Position numbers and translations under genes: made by a program
Notes under the pieces: generated by a model
What the model was told of the DNA's origin: nothing
What the model saw: only the letters and a program-made list of their open reading frames with translations
The model's database searches: none
Assembly: GCA_043228905.1 (NCBI GenBank)
Contig: JBHGNT010000004.1
Location: forward strand, 13,392,001-13,456,000
DNA: 64,000 nt
Direction of reading: 5' to 3'
From: Azolla caroliniana
Taxonomy: Eukaryota; Plantae; Polypodiophyta
Shown: piece after piece, positions 1 to 11,591 of the stretch
Layout of the letters: every line of letters starts with the position of its first letter
How positions within the stretch are numbered: the first letter of the stretch is position 1

Positions 1-137
1 GGAGATATGATAACAGGAACCCAAATGTAGGACAAAGAAATAGAAGTAAGAATAGAGGGAAAGGAAAGCAACAAGATATCACATGCTATCAGTGTGGCCG
101 TAAAGGTCATAAGAAACCCGATTGTAGATATTGGAAG

Positions 138-3032
138 ATGGAACTAGAAAAAAAGAAGAATGTAGGAGAGAAGAAAAATAAAGATGATAAATTTAATACA
201 ACAGAGAAAGCTAATATGCCTTCAAATGTTATCATCAAAGACCTTTTTGTTAAAGATGGTGATGTACTTTGTATTACAAGTGATGCCTTCATAGCTCATG
301 TTCAAGACATGCAAATAACCAAAACAAATGTTATTGATGCTTTATTGTCAATCAATGATGGATTGACACAGACATGGATAGTGACTCTGGGGCTTCTTTT
401 CATGTTACTCGTTTCGGAGTACTTTACCACATTTGATGCAGGCAGTTATGGAAAAGTTTATCTTGGTAACAATAGTGACTGCAATATTGATGGTATTGGA
501 ACCATACACTTGTCTTTGGATAATGGTCAAGAGCTCGTGCTCAAAGATGTTAGGTATGTACCTGGCATTAAGAAAAGTTTGCTACCTGTAGGACAGATGG
601 ATTTGCATGGTTACACCACATTATTCGGTGGTGGATTGTGGAAACTAAAGAAAGGATCTATGGTTATTGTGAAAGGTTGCAAAAAAAGCACTCTCTGTTG
701 TTTGCAATGTAAAGCTTTACCTGGAAGGTTTCTTGCTTTTGCTGAATTTGACTCTCCTTTAGAGCTTTGGCATAAGAGATTAGGACATATGAGCCAAAAC
801 GGACTTGAAGTCCTTTCTGCTCTAAAAAGATTTGATGTTAAAGGATCAAAGCTGGTTTTTTGTAATGATTGTCTATTTGGCAAACAAGTGAGAATTTCTT
901 ATTATTCTGTTGTCTCTCGTAAACCAAATGGGCTAGATTTAGTGCATTCTGATGTATGTAGCATGCCTGTAAAATCTTTGGGTGGTGCTGCATATTTTAT
1001 TTCCTTTATCGATGATTATTCTAGGCAGATTTGGGTGTACTTGATGAAAAAAAAGAGTGATGCATTTAAATCTTTTCATGCATTTGTGACTACCCAAAAA
1101 GGGACAAAACAGAAATGTCTTAGAACATATAATGGGGGTGAGTCCTTTTGTGACTTACATGGTATTAAAAGAGAGCTTACAGCTCCATATAACCCTTCAT
1201 CAAATGGCGTGGCAGAAAGGTATAATAAGACCTTGTGTGAGCGAGTACGGTGCATGCTGTCCACAGCTAATCTCCCTCATGAATTTTGGGTAGAAGCATT
1301 AAAAACCGCGGTTCATATATGTAATCGTTCTCCCAACAACTCCTTAAAGTATGGAATCCCTGAGGAGGTTTGGTCTGGCAAACCAGCCTCATATGACCAT
1401 TTACGAATTTTCAGTTGTGATGCATTTGTACACATTAGAAGTGAGCTGAGAAACAAGCTCGATGCTAAGTCCACCATGGGCAATTTTATGGGCTATGGTG
1501 ATGAAGGTGAAATGGGCTATAGGATTTGGTTACCTCAGTCCAGAAAAATCGTACGCAACCGGGATGTTGTTTTTAATGAAGAAAAATTGCTGAAAAATGC
1601 TTGTTCCTCTGTTGGGAACTCTAAGAGCGTTACATTTCAGCAATTACAGCCATCCACAAAATCTGAAAATAAACCTCATGATGCTATACCAAAGGTTGAA
1701 TATGATGATCGACCGGTTATCTTTGAGCCAGAAGAAGTTGGACAGCAAAGAGATGATCATGAAGGTGTTGGCCAACGAGATGAAGGTACTGAAGAACAAA
1801 ATATAGATGATGAACAACATGATAGACATGGTTTGCAACAGCCAGAAAGTGCTGAAACTGATTTTCCTCCAAATTTAGAACCAATCCCAGAAAATATTGA
1901 TCATTGGGTACGTAGGCCTAATCGTTTAAGGAGGCAGGTATATAGATATGACCCCTCTTTGCATTATGTCATGCTGTTAGATGAGGGTGAACCTCTTACT
2001 TATAAGGAGGCAATGTCATGTGAACTTCGCAGTAAGTGGGAGCTTGCAATGCAAGAAAAAATAAAATCTTTGTATGCAAATGATACTTGGGATCTTGTGT
2101 CCTTACCTAAAGGAAGGAAAGCTCTTCCAAATAAGTGGGTTTATAAGGTAAAGGAAATTGAAGGGAAACCAAAATACAAGGCAAGATTAGTTGCCACGGG
2201 TTATGCACAGAAGGAAGGTATTGACTTCCAAGAGGTCTTCTCTCCTGTTGTGAAGATGACCACACTTCGTGTGCTATTTGCTCTCACTGCAATGCTTAAT
2301 TTGGAGTTGTACCAAATGGATGTAAAGACCGCTTTATTGCATGGTGATATTGATGAAGAGATCTACATGAAACAACTTGAGGGTTTTGTAGTCCCTAACA
2401 AGGAGCATTTGGTATGCAAACTAAAACGTAGCTTGTATGGCCTAAAACAAGCACCACGACAATGGTATAAGAAGTTTGATACTTTTATGCTTTCTCAAGG
2501 CTTTGATCGTAGCTATACAGATCATTGTTTATACACAAAAAAAGATATCAATGACAATCGCATCATACTTGTTCTATATGTGGATGATATGTTGTTAGCT
2601 AGGAAAAGAAATACTAGTCTTGATGCTCTAAAAGATCAACTGAAATCGGTCTTCTTTATGAAAAATTTGGGAAATGCAAAGCATATTTTGGGCATGAGAA
2701 TTAGTAGAAACAAAAAGGACAAATTGTTGTTTTTGTCACAAGAAAAGTACATTGAAAAAGTGCTTAACAGATTTAATATGGCAGAAGCAAAATCCCTTGG
2801 AGTTCCTTTGCCATCATATCTTAAACTTAGCAAGGTTGATTGTCCAAAGGATGAGATGGAAGTCAATGCTATGAAGGGAATTCCTTATGCATCAACATGT
2901 GGTTCTCTAATGTATGCTATGGTAGCTACTCGTTCAGATATTGCTTATGCAGTGGGAGTTGTCAGTCGCTATATGTCTAATCCCGGCAAAGCACATTGGG
3001 AGGCTATCCAAGTGTGTTTTCAGGTATTTTAA
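138..3032 (+). CDS. pol: Copia polyprotein (end of Gag, PR, IN, RT). Open frame extends upstream of 138; the protease motif region looks locally frameshifted
   Basis: 964-aa ORF with integrase core and RT motifs (KARLVA.GY.Q, QMDVKTA.LHG, LYGLKQAPRQWY, LYVDDML). Confidence 0.9.
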   Translation: MELEKKKNVGEKKNKDDKFNTTEKANMPSNVIIKDLFVKDGDVLCITSDAFIAHVQDMQITKTNVIDALLSINDGLTQTWIVTLGLLFMLLVSEYFTTFDAGSYGKVYLGNNSDCNIDGIGTIHLSLDNGQELVLKDVRYVPGIKKSLLPVGQMDLHGYTTLFGGGLWKLKKGSMVIVKGCKKSTLCCLQCKALPGRFLAFAEFDSPLELWHKRLGHMSQNGLEVLSALKRFDVKGSKLVFCNDCLFGKQVRISYYSVVSRKPNGLDLVHSDVCSMPVKSLGGAAYFISFIDDYSRQIWVYLMKKKSDAFKSFHAFVTTQKGTKQKCLRTYNGGESFCDLHGIKRELTAPYNPSSNGVAERYNKTLCERVRCMLSTANLPHEFWVEALKTAVHICNRSPNNSLKYGIPEEVWSGKPASYDHLRIFSCDAFVHIRSELRNKLDAKSTMGNFMGYGDEGEMGYRIWLPQSRKIVRNRDVVFNEEKLLKNACSSVGNSKSVTFQQLQPSTKSENKPHDAIPKVEYDDRPVIFEPEEVGQQRDDHEGVGQRDEGTEEQNIDDEQHDRHGLQQPESAETDFPPNLEPIPENIDHWVRRPNRLRRQVYRYDPSLHYVMLLDEGEPLTYKEAMSCELRSKWELAMQEKIKSLYANDTWDLVSLPKGRKALPNKWVYKVKEIEGKPKYKARLVATGYAQKEGIDFQEVFSPVVKMTTLRVLFALTAMLNLELYQMDVKTALLHGDIDEEIYMKQLEGFVVPNKEHLVCKLKRSLYGLKQAPRQWYKKFDTFMLSQGFDRSYTDHCLYTKKDINDNRIILVLYVDDMLLARKRNTSLDALKDQLKSVFFMKNLGNAKHILGMRISRNKKDKLLFLSQEKYIEKVLNRFNMAEAKSLGVPLPSYLKLSKVDCPKDEMEVNAMKGIPYASTCGSLMYAMVATRSDIAYAVGVVSRYMSNPGKAHWEAIQVCFQVF

Positions 3033-3550
3033 AGGTACATAGAGAAAATGTTTATGCTATGGGATATTGTGATGCATTAAAGGTGCATTAAGTTTGCAGG
3101 GATATTGTGATGCTGACATGGCAGGTGACTTGGATACACGTAAATCTACTAGCGGGTATATATTTACAGTTGCTGGTGGAGCAGTGTCTTGGTGCTCCAA
3201 ATAGCAAAAGATTGTAGCACTGAGTACTACTGAAGCTGAATATATTTCAGCTACAGAAGCTTCAAAGGAAGCTATGGCTCAGCAGACTTGCTGAAGATCT
3301 TGGCATGTCTATTAGTACTCCTGTGTTGGGATGCGATAGCCAGAGTGCTATGTATCTGGCTAAGAATGCCATGTTTCATTCACGCACCAAACACATTGAT
3401 GTGCGACATCACTTTATCAGACAAGTTTTGGAGGATGGTCTAGTCACATTGACCAAGATCAAAACACAGGATAATCCTGCAGATATTCTCACTAAAAATC
3501 TTGGCAAAGCTCAACATGAGCATTGCATACAGTTAGTGGGAGTTACTTGA
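3033..3550 (+). pseudogene. Copia RNase H, frameshifted and with a stop codon
   Basis: [52 protein letters not shown] and NPADILTK are split over frames. Confidence 0.9.
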
Positions 3551-3580
3551 ATGTTCACATCGAACCTTTAAGTGGGAGGT

Positions 3581-3933
3581 TGTTAGGTGTAAAGGCCCGT
3601 AGTTCACAAATTAGGTAATTATTCGTATATGTGAACACATTGTTCACCTGGACAGGACACCTCCTTTTGTAATGTGAACACACCTCTTTCTTTGTAGGGT
3701 TAACTAATATAATAACCTTTTTGTCTTGTGTACCAATCAAGGCAGTTGGGTACACCCAAAAACCTGTGTCTCTACTCTCTGTTTGCTAAACGTCATCCCT
3801 CAATAGCTGCTCCCTGAAAATCATCCCTCTTTTCCTTTTATCCTCCTCTTATTTTGAATCTAATCGGGACAAGTTTGGCCTTTCCTTATATATGAGCACC
3901 TCCAACAACTACTAATTTCAACAGATTCTAACA
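3581..3933 (+). repeat. 3' LTR of Copia-0 (~353 bp)
   Basis: Starts TGTTAG directly after the PPT and ends CTAACA (6-bp inverted termini). Confidence 0.8.
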
Positions 3934-4717
3934 TAATTTAGTTTCATAGAGACAATGTTAACAAAATTAGTACGCAGTGCAGATCACTAGTTAAGACTGC
4001 TAATTTATATCCATTGCGATAGGGTGACCACAATGTACGATGCAATCACAATTGTATCCCAAAGACATATGTTTCAGAAAACACACAGTTGTTTTTTCAA
4101 ATATTTTCAAACTGACCTCATACATTTATGAACTCTTAAGTTTTACTAACTATCAAATCTGAAACCAAAACTTGAAGAAAAAATGCTAGTTTGTTTCTTA
4201 AATCAGACATTTTTCCCAGCACTTTTTTCCTGCAGCAGCTAGAGCCAAGCCATTCATTTTCTCCTTTACCCACATTATTTGCCTCAATGTTCACAATTCG
4301 CCTCTTCCCACACTTCAATTTAATGTTCAACATCAAAGGAATTTGGGATATTCAATTAGGATTTTTGGACATTTTAAATTCCCATCTACTTCCTAAATTC
4401 TAGAACTCGGTTGTTAATCTAGTCTACGGGATCTTAGCGTCCTTTGGAGTATTTTTATGCTTACAGTTGGTGACCCAAACGTTTTTTCACTGTAGTTATC
4501 ATGTGGTACCATAAACGTTTTAAAATACTAAAAAATATCCTGTCTATTGCACGCCATACATGTATCTCACAGAATAAGAAACCCTAATATTATAAATGAG
4601 AATTGAATAGCTGATACCAATTTAATGTTGTCATTAGCTCCATAATTTTTATAACTACAATCTTTGGAAGGTTGAGAAATTATGCTCAGATTTTGGATTT
4701 TGATAGACGAAAAAGCG

Positions 4718-4831
4718 TGAATGCACCGGTCCTGGATTGTTCTCTTTATTTAGTCTAGGGAGATAAGATTCATTGAATGCGCCGGTTGTGGATTGTTCTC
4801 TTTATTCAGTCTAGCGAGATAAGATTCATTG
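4718..4831. repeat. 56-bp tandem duplication (2 copies)
   Basis: TGAATGC(A/G)CCGGT..TGGATTGTTCTCTTTATT(T/C)AGTCTAG(G/C)GAGATAAGATTCAT starts at 4718 and again at 4774. Confidence 0.9.
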
Positions 4832-5075
4832 CTCGTAAAGAAATAGACCCCAAATCATCTCGACTATAATTAAGAAAATCATTTATTGCATGTATGCCAG
4901 CCTCTTTAAGACAATTAAAAGCCCTAGCAGGTGATTTCAGTTCTTCAACAAATATATTTGTGAGAACTTCTCTTGATGTAGCAAGCACAGGGACATCCGC
5001 AAATTTGAGTTGAATACACCCTAATCTAAATCGTGAGTTTCTAGCAGTCAATTCTTTCTGCAATTTGAGCCGCAT
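4806..5075 (-). pseudogene. rpoA: Plastid-type RNA polymerase alpha-subunit C-terminal domain fragment (probable NUPT) inside an 89-aa ORF
   Basis: NIFVEELKSPARAFNCLKEAGIHAINDFLNYSRDDL aligns without gaps to the plastid RpoA CTD consensus IFIDQLELPPR.YNCLK..NIHTL.DLLN.S.EDL (recalled, not searched). The rest of RpoA is absent. Confidence 0.75.
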
Positions 5076-6015
5076 TGAAGATTATTATTGTATAATAATC
5101 AAGCCTGTTGTGAAAGGAAAGAAAGAGTGAGGCCACTTTCAGCCCTCAATATTTTTCTCCACAAAATATTGTCAGGCGCTACCTTGAATCCTACACCTAG
5201 CATTGAATCACATCTTCAAAGGATGGATAGAGGGTAACTCTTTAGCGCTGTATCTCTTGTATACAGAGAATGAAAAGAGAGGAAGAGAAAACACCAGGCA
5301 GAATGAAAAAGGAAGACACAAGACAGAATAATGTTTTCCCGTTGGCAGCATACGCACCACCACAACACGACTGTATATTCAGTATATCCTCTGGAGTATA
5401 TGTTATGACCTTGTACTGTACTACGTGTTCCTATGGCTCTGATCGTGTCTAATGCATGCATGCATGCATGCATGGTTCTCCAAGGGAGACGAACACCTTT
5501 GGTTACCTTCATCTTTTAAAGGAAGGAAGAGTCTGGAGCCAAATACATTTCTTCTTCTTCTTCTTCTGCTGCTGCTGCTGCAATTATATATATATAGAGA
5601 GAGAGAGAGCGAGAGAGAGAGAGAGAGTGTGTGTGTGTGTGTGGTACCTGGATCCAGAGCCTAGTTGGTGTTGCGAATGACTCAGAATTAAATCCAGAAA
5701 GGGACGAGTTTTAGTGCCACATTTTTACTTCTGTTGTTGTTGTTGTTCTTCTTCTTCTTCTTCTTCTTCTTCTTCTTCTTCTTGCTGTTGCTCCAGGAGG
5801 AAGGATGGAGGAGGTGTGTAATCTTTTGATACCATTCAAGCCGAACGGAAGATCGACCAAAAAGGAAAAGGTTTTATGTATGTATGTGTACGTCTAAATA
5901 CATATATATGTAATAATGTATGTATGTATGTATGTATGTATGTATAGATTGATAGATCGGCGTGCACAGACTTTTTTTATTAGCAGAAAATGGTTGGCGT
6001 AATGGAGAAGCTACG

Positions 6016-6065
<50 letters not shown>

Positions 6066-6287
6066 AAAAAATGATGAAGGAACGAACGAATAAACGGTAC
6101 CGCAAGGAAAAAGAAAAAATATAAAAGGTGGGTAGTGGTGTGGTCAGAAAAAGGAAGGAAGAAATGTGAACAGCAGCTTATTATGATAATCGATCAAATT
6201 TCATTGGAAACGAGGGAGGGAGGGAGGGAAGTTGTGGAGAGACAGACACACACAGATAGAGAGAGAAAGAGAGAGAAAGTATTTATA
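4806..6287 (-). other. Putative spliced host transcription unit (lncRNA, pseudogene or unrecognised gene)
   Basis: Minus-strand TATAAATA at 6287-6280 followed by a CT-rich tract. Candidate GT-AG introns at 5647-5578 (CAG|GTACC...TTGCAG|) and 5182-5105 (AAG|GTAGC...TTTCTTTCCTTTCACAACAG|), plus a donor GAAG|GTAACC at 5507/5506. No clean long ORF. Confidence 0.4.
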
Positions 6288-6435
6288 CATATATAACCCA
6301 TGCATGCACAGCCCCCCCAAAATCCTTCATCATATGTGTGTGTATGTATTGTAATTTGTATGTATGTTACGTACATATGTATACATGTATTGTATGTATG
6401 TTATGGAGAGACACGCAATACTACTACTACGACTA
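5452..6435. repeat. Microsatellite cluster: (ATGC)n, (TTC)n, (CTG)n, (TA)n, (GA)n, (GT)n, (TGT)n, (TATG)n, (GGGA)n
   Basis: Directly visible simple repeats. Confidence 0.95.
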
Positions 6436-9053
6436 CGTTTGTTGCTTGCGTGCAGCACGAACATCACTTGTTTGATTAATACATGTGCCATCTTGTTCGG
6501 CCCATGTTTCTCCAACTCAATCGAAAATCGCTTGCGAGCAACAAGCCATCATGGATTGATGCGCTTAGATGTTACGATTTGATGTTGATAGGTGTACGGA
6601 CTTTCGAATTGTTCATCGTGATGAAACCCTTAACCTTGTCCAATAAGGTCAATATAGCTCCCCTACTTACACCCAATGTAGCTACTTGAGGTTTCATGGG
6701 TCAAATCAAAGTTTGTAATTATTTAGTGAGCTTCAACTAGTTATAACAAACCCATATTGCTCACACACGTTGGTGAATGTAACCAACCGATACCATAGCC
6801 AAATCCATGAGTTGGGCGGGCAACTTCCCTTGGCTGAATGTTAATCCCTTTATCCTTAGCAAATGTTGAAATGCCATGTGAGGGTTTATTTCTCATCACC
6901 AACATGTTGAGGTTTCCCACTAGCATTGTAAGTTATTGACAATATTTTTCATGATTGGCGCCATACTGAACCCAACAAAACAACATGTGTGTCACCTTCT
7001 TCTTATGTCCATGTGCTCACATCTAAACCATCTTAATCCACCTTAAAATCACGTAAGGCTATGCTTTGTTGAAACTCACTACTATTTGTTTTGCAATCAA
7101 ACATAAGTTGTGACCACCCATTGGCATTGGGTGCTAGCATTATGAACAAAGAATGAAATATGGATATTCATTGTGTAAAGCTCATTCCTCTCCTCAAAAT
7201 GGCTTGCTCACATAAACTTTCGAAGATAAATATGTAACATTTGGATTAGAAGGGGGGGTGTAATTATAGGTTCAGAAAAATGAACAACCTTAAGGAATAC
7301 ATAGAATATTACACACGAATCACATTTGAAAATGTTTATTTATTATAAAACTATTATCAAGACAAAAGCAATATTCTTTCTTCCAATATTAAATTGTTAG
7401 CAATGAAAGGATGGCAGATATAAGTAATAATTGTTTATAGCAAGAGGAGTTATTTAACATAAAGTATCACTCCTTATAAAGTACACACGTCAAGGAGATG
7501 TTCTTAATGTATTAATCATGAAAAGGTAAATTAACATTTCTAAACTAAAAAAACAAAGAGCATCAAGGCAATTATAAACATAAAAAGTCATCAAAATTAC
7601 CAACAAAAGAGAATTGTCTTTGCATGAGTGACCCAATAAACAAATGTTGGCATATTCATGGTTTGTGGTGAATGATGAAGTAAACAAACAAGCGTTACTC
7701 CTTTTATAACTCCATACCTTCAGTAAAAAGAAATCAAAGACGCCATCAAAGAAAATAGTGTTTAGAAAGAATGATCGGGAAACTTTCTCCCTCAAGTTAG
7801 ATAACCTTCTTAACCATCACTAGCAAAGCTTAATGAAGTAGCCTCCTTGTTTCTAATATGTGTCATTATTTATACAAGTAAAATAACCGTGTATAATAAG
7901 ACATTACACATCCTTCTCATGAATGAACGAGATCTATCATCTCAAGGATATTGGTTGTTAAGGTCACTAAAGGAACAACCTAGTATAATCTTGGTAAACT
8001 AGGATAACCACTAAACAAAGTATTCCTCAAAGGCTTCTTGACAATCATGGCAATGATTATGCTGTAATGTGACGAGGTATGTGGATTTGCGTAAATTCGC
8101 ATGTGCATGTGAATGTCGAGTGAAACCACTGGGAAATTGAACCAAGGAAGATGGAGTTGTCAATGAAGGGTCGCGGGAGATTATATTTGTTATGAGCATG
8201 GCCATATAATATTCCGTGGTAAGTTTTAACGTTGTATTCTATACACGTGGATAAAGTGTGAGGGTTAAACGACAGTGTAAAGAAGGGAAGGATTAGTTTT
8301 AATCCTTGGGATTGAGACAACCCATTAGGCCAAGTGTGAATATGAGGCCTAACTACCCTCATTTGATATCTCTTGACTACGTCGAGACTCTGTCCTTGTG
8401 GTGGATCAAACTCTTGTAGTGACCGTGCCAACACCAGGTACGACTCGACGCCATGACGATGGTATGGGATGTTGATCAAGGCTCGAGACCGTCTCAATCC
8501 CTTCACCCGGGGGTGTCATGGACACACCAAGCGCGGACTAGGATGGAGCACAGATGATAGGGCTATGAGCGACGGATGAACTTGGAGCTAGATGTGACAG
8601 AAGAGTATGAAGATAGAAATGAAGATTAATGAGACAAGGATGAGGCGAAATGAGAATACTAGATTGATGTGTCAATGACTGACATTGAACCCCTTGAAAG
8701 GGACCAAGGAGCTACAAGTATTTATACTACGAGTTGAAGTACATGCATTAGAATAGTTTGGAGAAGATTTGAGAACCCTCTAGAACCTTCTAGTTCTAGA
8801 ACTTTCTAAAAACTCTTGCAACTTCAAATAGATAATCTAGTAATAATATACTAAAATAGACATAACATGACTATGTATTTGGATGTGTTGGTTAGAACAT
8901 AACACTTGACTACATACAAGAGGTGAAGAGTTCAAATCTTGACATGACTGTTGTCATGTCCGTGACATTATCCTCCCCTTTACGACCGCCTTTTCGGAAG
9001 CGTGGTGTAGGGGTGAGCTGAAAGAGAAAACCGGAGTAGGTTGAGGAGTGGCT

Positions 9054-9712
9054 AACCATGTGCGGTCATCACCGGAGAATGGAACACGAGTGAACGTGAG
9101 CGACCATGTGTGGTCCTCATCGGGAATTGAAGTAGCAACGGGTGCGAGTGACCATGTATGGTCCTCACCGGAGACACGAACACGAACGGGCGTGAGCGAC
9201 CATGTGAGGTCCTAACCGGAGACACGAACACCAATGAGCGTGAGCGACCATGTGAGGTCCTCACCGGGAGCCAGAACACCAACAGACTTGAGCAACCATG
9301 TACATTCCTCACTGGGAACTAGAACACCAATGGGCATGAGCGACCATGTGCAGTCCACACCGGAGACTAGAACACCAACAGACGTGAGCGACCATGTGCG
9401 GTCCTCACCGGAGACACGAACACCAACGGGCGTGAGAGATCATGTACGGTTCTCACTGGGAACTGGAACACCAACGGAAGTGAGTGACAATGTGCGGTCC
9501 TCACCGGGAACTGGAACACCAACGGAAGTGAGCAACCATGTGTGGTCCTCACCGGGAACTGGAACACCAACGAGCGTGAGAGACCATGTACAATCCTCAC
9601 CGAAGACATGAACACCATCGTGCGTGAGCGACCATGTGTGGTCCTCACAGGAGACAGGAACACCAAAGGGCGTGAGCGACCTTGTGCGGTCCTCACTAGG
9701 GACTGGAAAACT
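9054..9712. repeat. 48-bp minisatellite, ~14 copies, inside element E
   Basis: Unit approximately GAGCGACCATGTGCGGTCCTCACCGGAGACACGAACACCAACGGGCGT, which gives the 16-aa periodic ORFs on both strands. Confidence 0.95.
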
Positions 9713-10778
9713 TGATGTCGATGAAGGCTAGGCAAAGAAGTGTTGATGAAGATCGCAAGAGGTGTTGAAGATGATGATGTCGAAGAAGAAGCAATGAAGA
9801 CAAATGATGTTTAGGAAGTGTCTCTGGAAGCAATGACTGTGACTATGGCAATGATGGAAACAGAGAAATAGATGAAGAGGATAAGAAACACAGAGATCAA
9901 GGCGTTGAGGATAAAAAGAAACACAAAGACAGAGATATAGAGGATGATAGAATACACAATGACAGGGACGAAGATGATAAGAAACACCTAGATAGGGATG
10001 ATGATGATAAGAAACACTGACATAGATATGTGGAGGATGAGAAGAAACGCAAAGATAGGGATGATGGAAGATGATAAGACGCACAAAGATAGGGATGTGG
10101 AAGATGATAAGAAACTAAAATATTGAGACAATGATGAGAATAAACTAGGAGATAGAGATGGCGAGGAAGATAGGAAACGAAGGGATGTTGATGACGGTAA
10201 CTCTGGAAGCAAGGATGGTGACGATGGTAACTCTAAAAGCAAGGGCGATGACGAAGATGAGTGATGCTTCTAGTTGGTAGGGATTCAAACTATCACGGAC
10301 ACACCAACCGCAGACTATGACAGAGCACGGATGACAAGGCTATGATCCATAAGGCTACAAATGTGGAATAGGAAGTGACAAGGCTAGGAACTCTAGAAGT
10401 TGTGCATGATGAGAACATGAACTCAGGAACCTATGGAGAGCATGAAGACAAAAGAAGGAGACAATATGGCATGAAACAAGAATACCAGATTGATATGTCA
10501 ATGACTGGCGTTGAATCCCTTGAAAGGGACCAAGGAGGCTACAAGTATTTATACTACAAGTTGAAGTACATGCATTAGAGTAGTCTGGAGAATATTCAAG
10601 AACCCTTTAGAACCTTCTAGTTCTAGAACTTTCTAAAAACTCCTACAACTTCAAATAGATAATCTAGTAATAATATACTAAAATAGACATAACATGACTA
10701 TGTATTTGGACGTGTTGGTTAGAACATAACACCTGATTACATACGAGAGGTGAAGAGTTCGAATCTTGACATGACCGT

Positions 10779-11587
10779 TGTCGTAGTGTAGGTTGCACAC
10801 TATGTGGAAATTATATTTTTGTCCCTCCGGATAGAGAATGGAGTGCTCGGTGAGAACCGGAAGAAAACAGCATACCGGCAAGGAGGAAAACGGCATACCG
10901 GCAAGGAAGAAAACGGCATACCGGCAAGGAAGAGCCGGATAAAGAGACATAAATGTAAAAAAAAGGAAATACTCACTACTACGCAGGGCGTGATTCAAAC
11001 TCTGCACCTCCACGTTGACAAACCCCAACCTTACCATTACATTAACTTATCTTAAGTGTTTTAAATATAGATTTAATACGTATAAGACCTTTATTTATGC
11101 ATACCTTTATTAAAAGGTAAATCGTGTATTTTTTTAATATATGAAAAAGAAAAAACACGAGACACTAAAAATAACTCATGCACATCTAGCGTGCATGAGC
11201 CCTATACTTAGGAAATAAAAAAGCATCACATGCACATTTAGTGGACATGAACACTTTTTGTAAAAAAAAAGAAGCATGAAGCCATGCTTAGCTCTTCCTT
11301 CCTTATATAAGGAGGAGAGAAATATATAAAGGGTTGTTGATTATTTGGATTAAGTATTAATCAATACAAAAATTATTCGTGGGATTCACGATTTATACAT
11401 CTACTTCTCTCTTAACACCCTAAGTACCAATTAATATAGTATACTCGTGTGATTCACGAGTTTCTTATCTTTCTCTTCGCTATTTATTCATAATTAATCT
11501 CTATCTCACGAACTTCTTTCTCCTAGTCCAAGACCTCTGTGGTTCCCACCCGACTCACGCAACGATCCGGAGCCGAAAGGCACGACA
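10779..11587 (+). repeat. 5' LTR of Gypsy-W1 (809 bp)
   Basis: Near-identical to 17006-17836, which has one extra ~22-bp GGCATACCGGCAAGGA(G/A)GAAAA unit. Confidence 0.95.
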
Positions 11588-11591
11588 CAGT

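Larger units (their letters stand above)
1..3933 (+). mobile_element. Ty1/copia LTR retrotransposon (Copia-0), 3' part; 5' LTR lies outside the window
   Basis: Gag zinc knuckle CYQCGRKGHKKPDC at ~84-125, then PR/GAG-pre-integrase (LWHKRLGH), integrase (DLVHSDV..DDYSR..NGVAER), RT (YVDDML) and RNase H in copia order. PPT AAGTGGGAGG at 3570-3579 is followed by an LTR. Confidence 0.95.

Noticed and set aside
5065-5085. miR171-like TTGAGCCGC seed
   Set aside because: Only 9 nt match and no fold-back partner is visible.
6741-6926. G-patch-like peptide (KGINIQPREVARPTHGFGY)
   Set aside because: The match is too weak and partial, with no supporting neighbouring domain.
7247-7275. PPT-like AGAAGGGGGGG followed by TGTAA as an LTR start
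   Set aside because: No partner LTR, end motif or TSD could be identified.
9054-9712. Regular repeat array as a CRISPR array
   Set aside because: The units are contiguous 48-bp tandem copies without unique spacers, no cas genes are present, and the context is a eukaryotic TE.
10804-11055. ORFs in Gypsy-W1 LTRs (also 17031-17306 and the antisense partners)
   Set aside because: They arise from the ~21-bp U3 repeat and are absent from the W2 LTR type.
11545-11590. Hammerhead or other ribozyme in the conserved U5 (GCCGAAAGGC)
   Set aside because: There is no CUGANGA core. The conservation is better explained by tRNA complementarity and the integrase attachment site.
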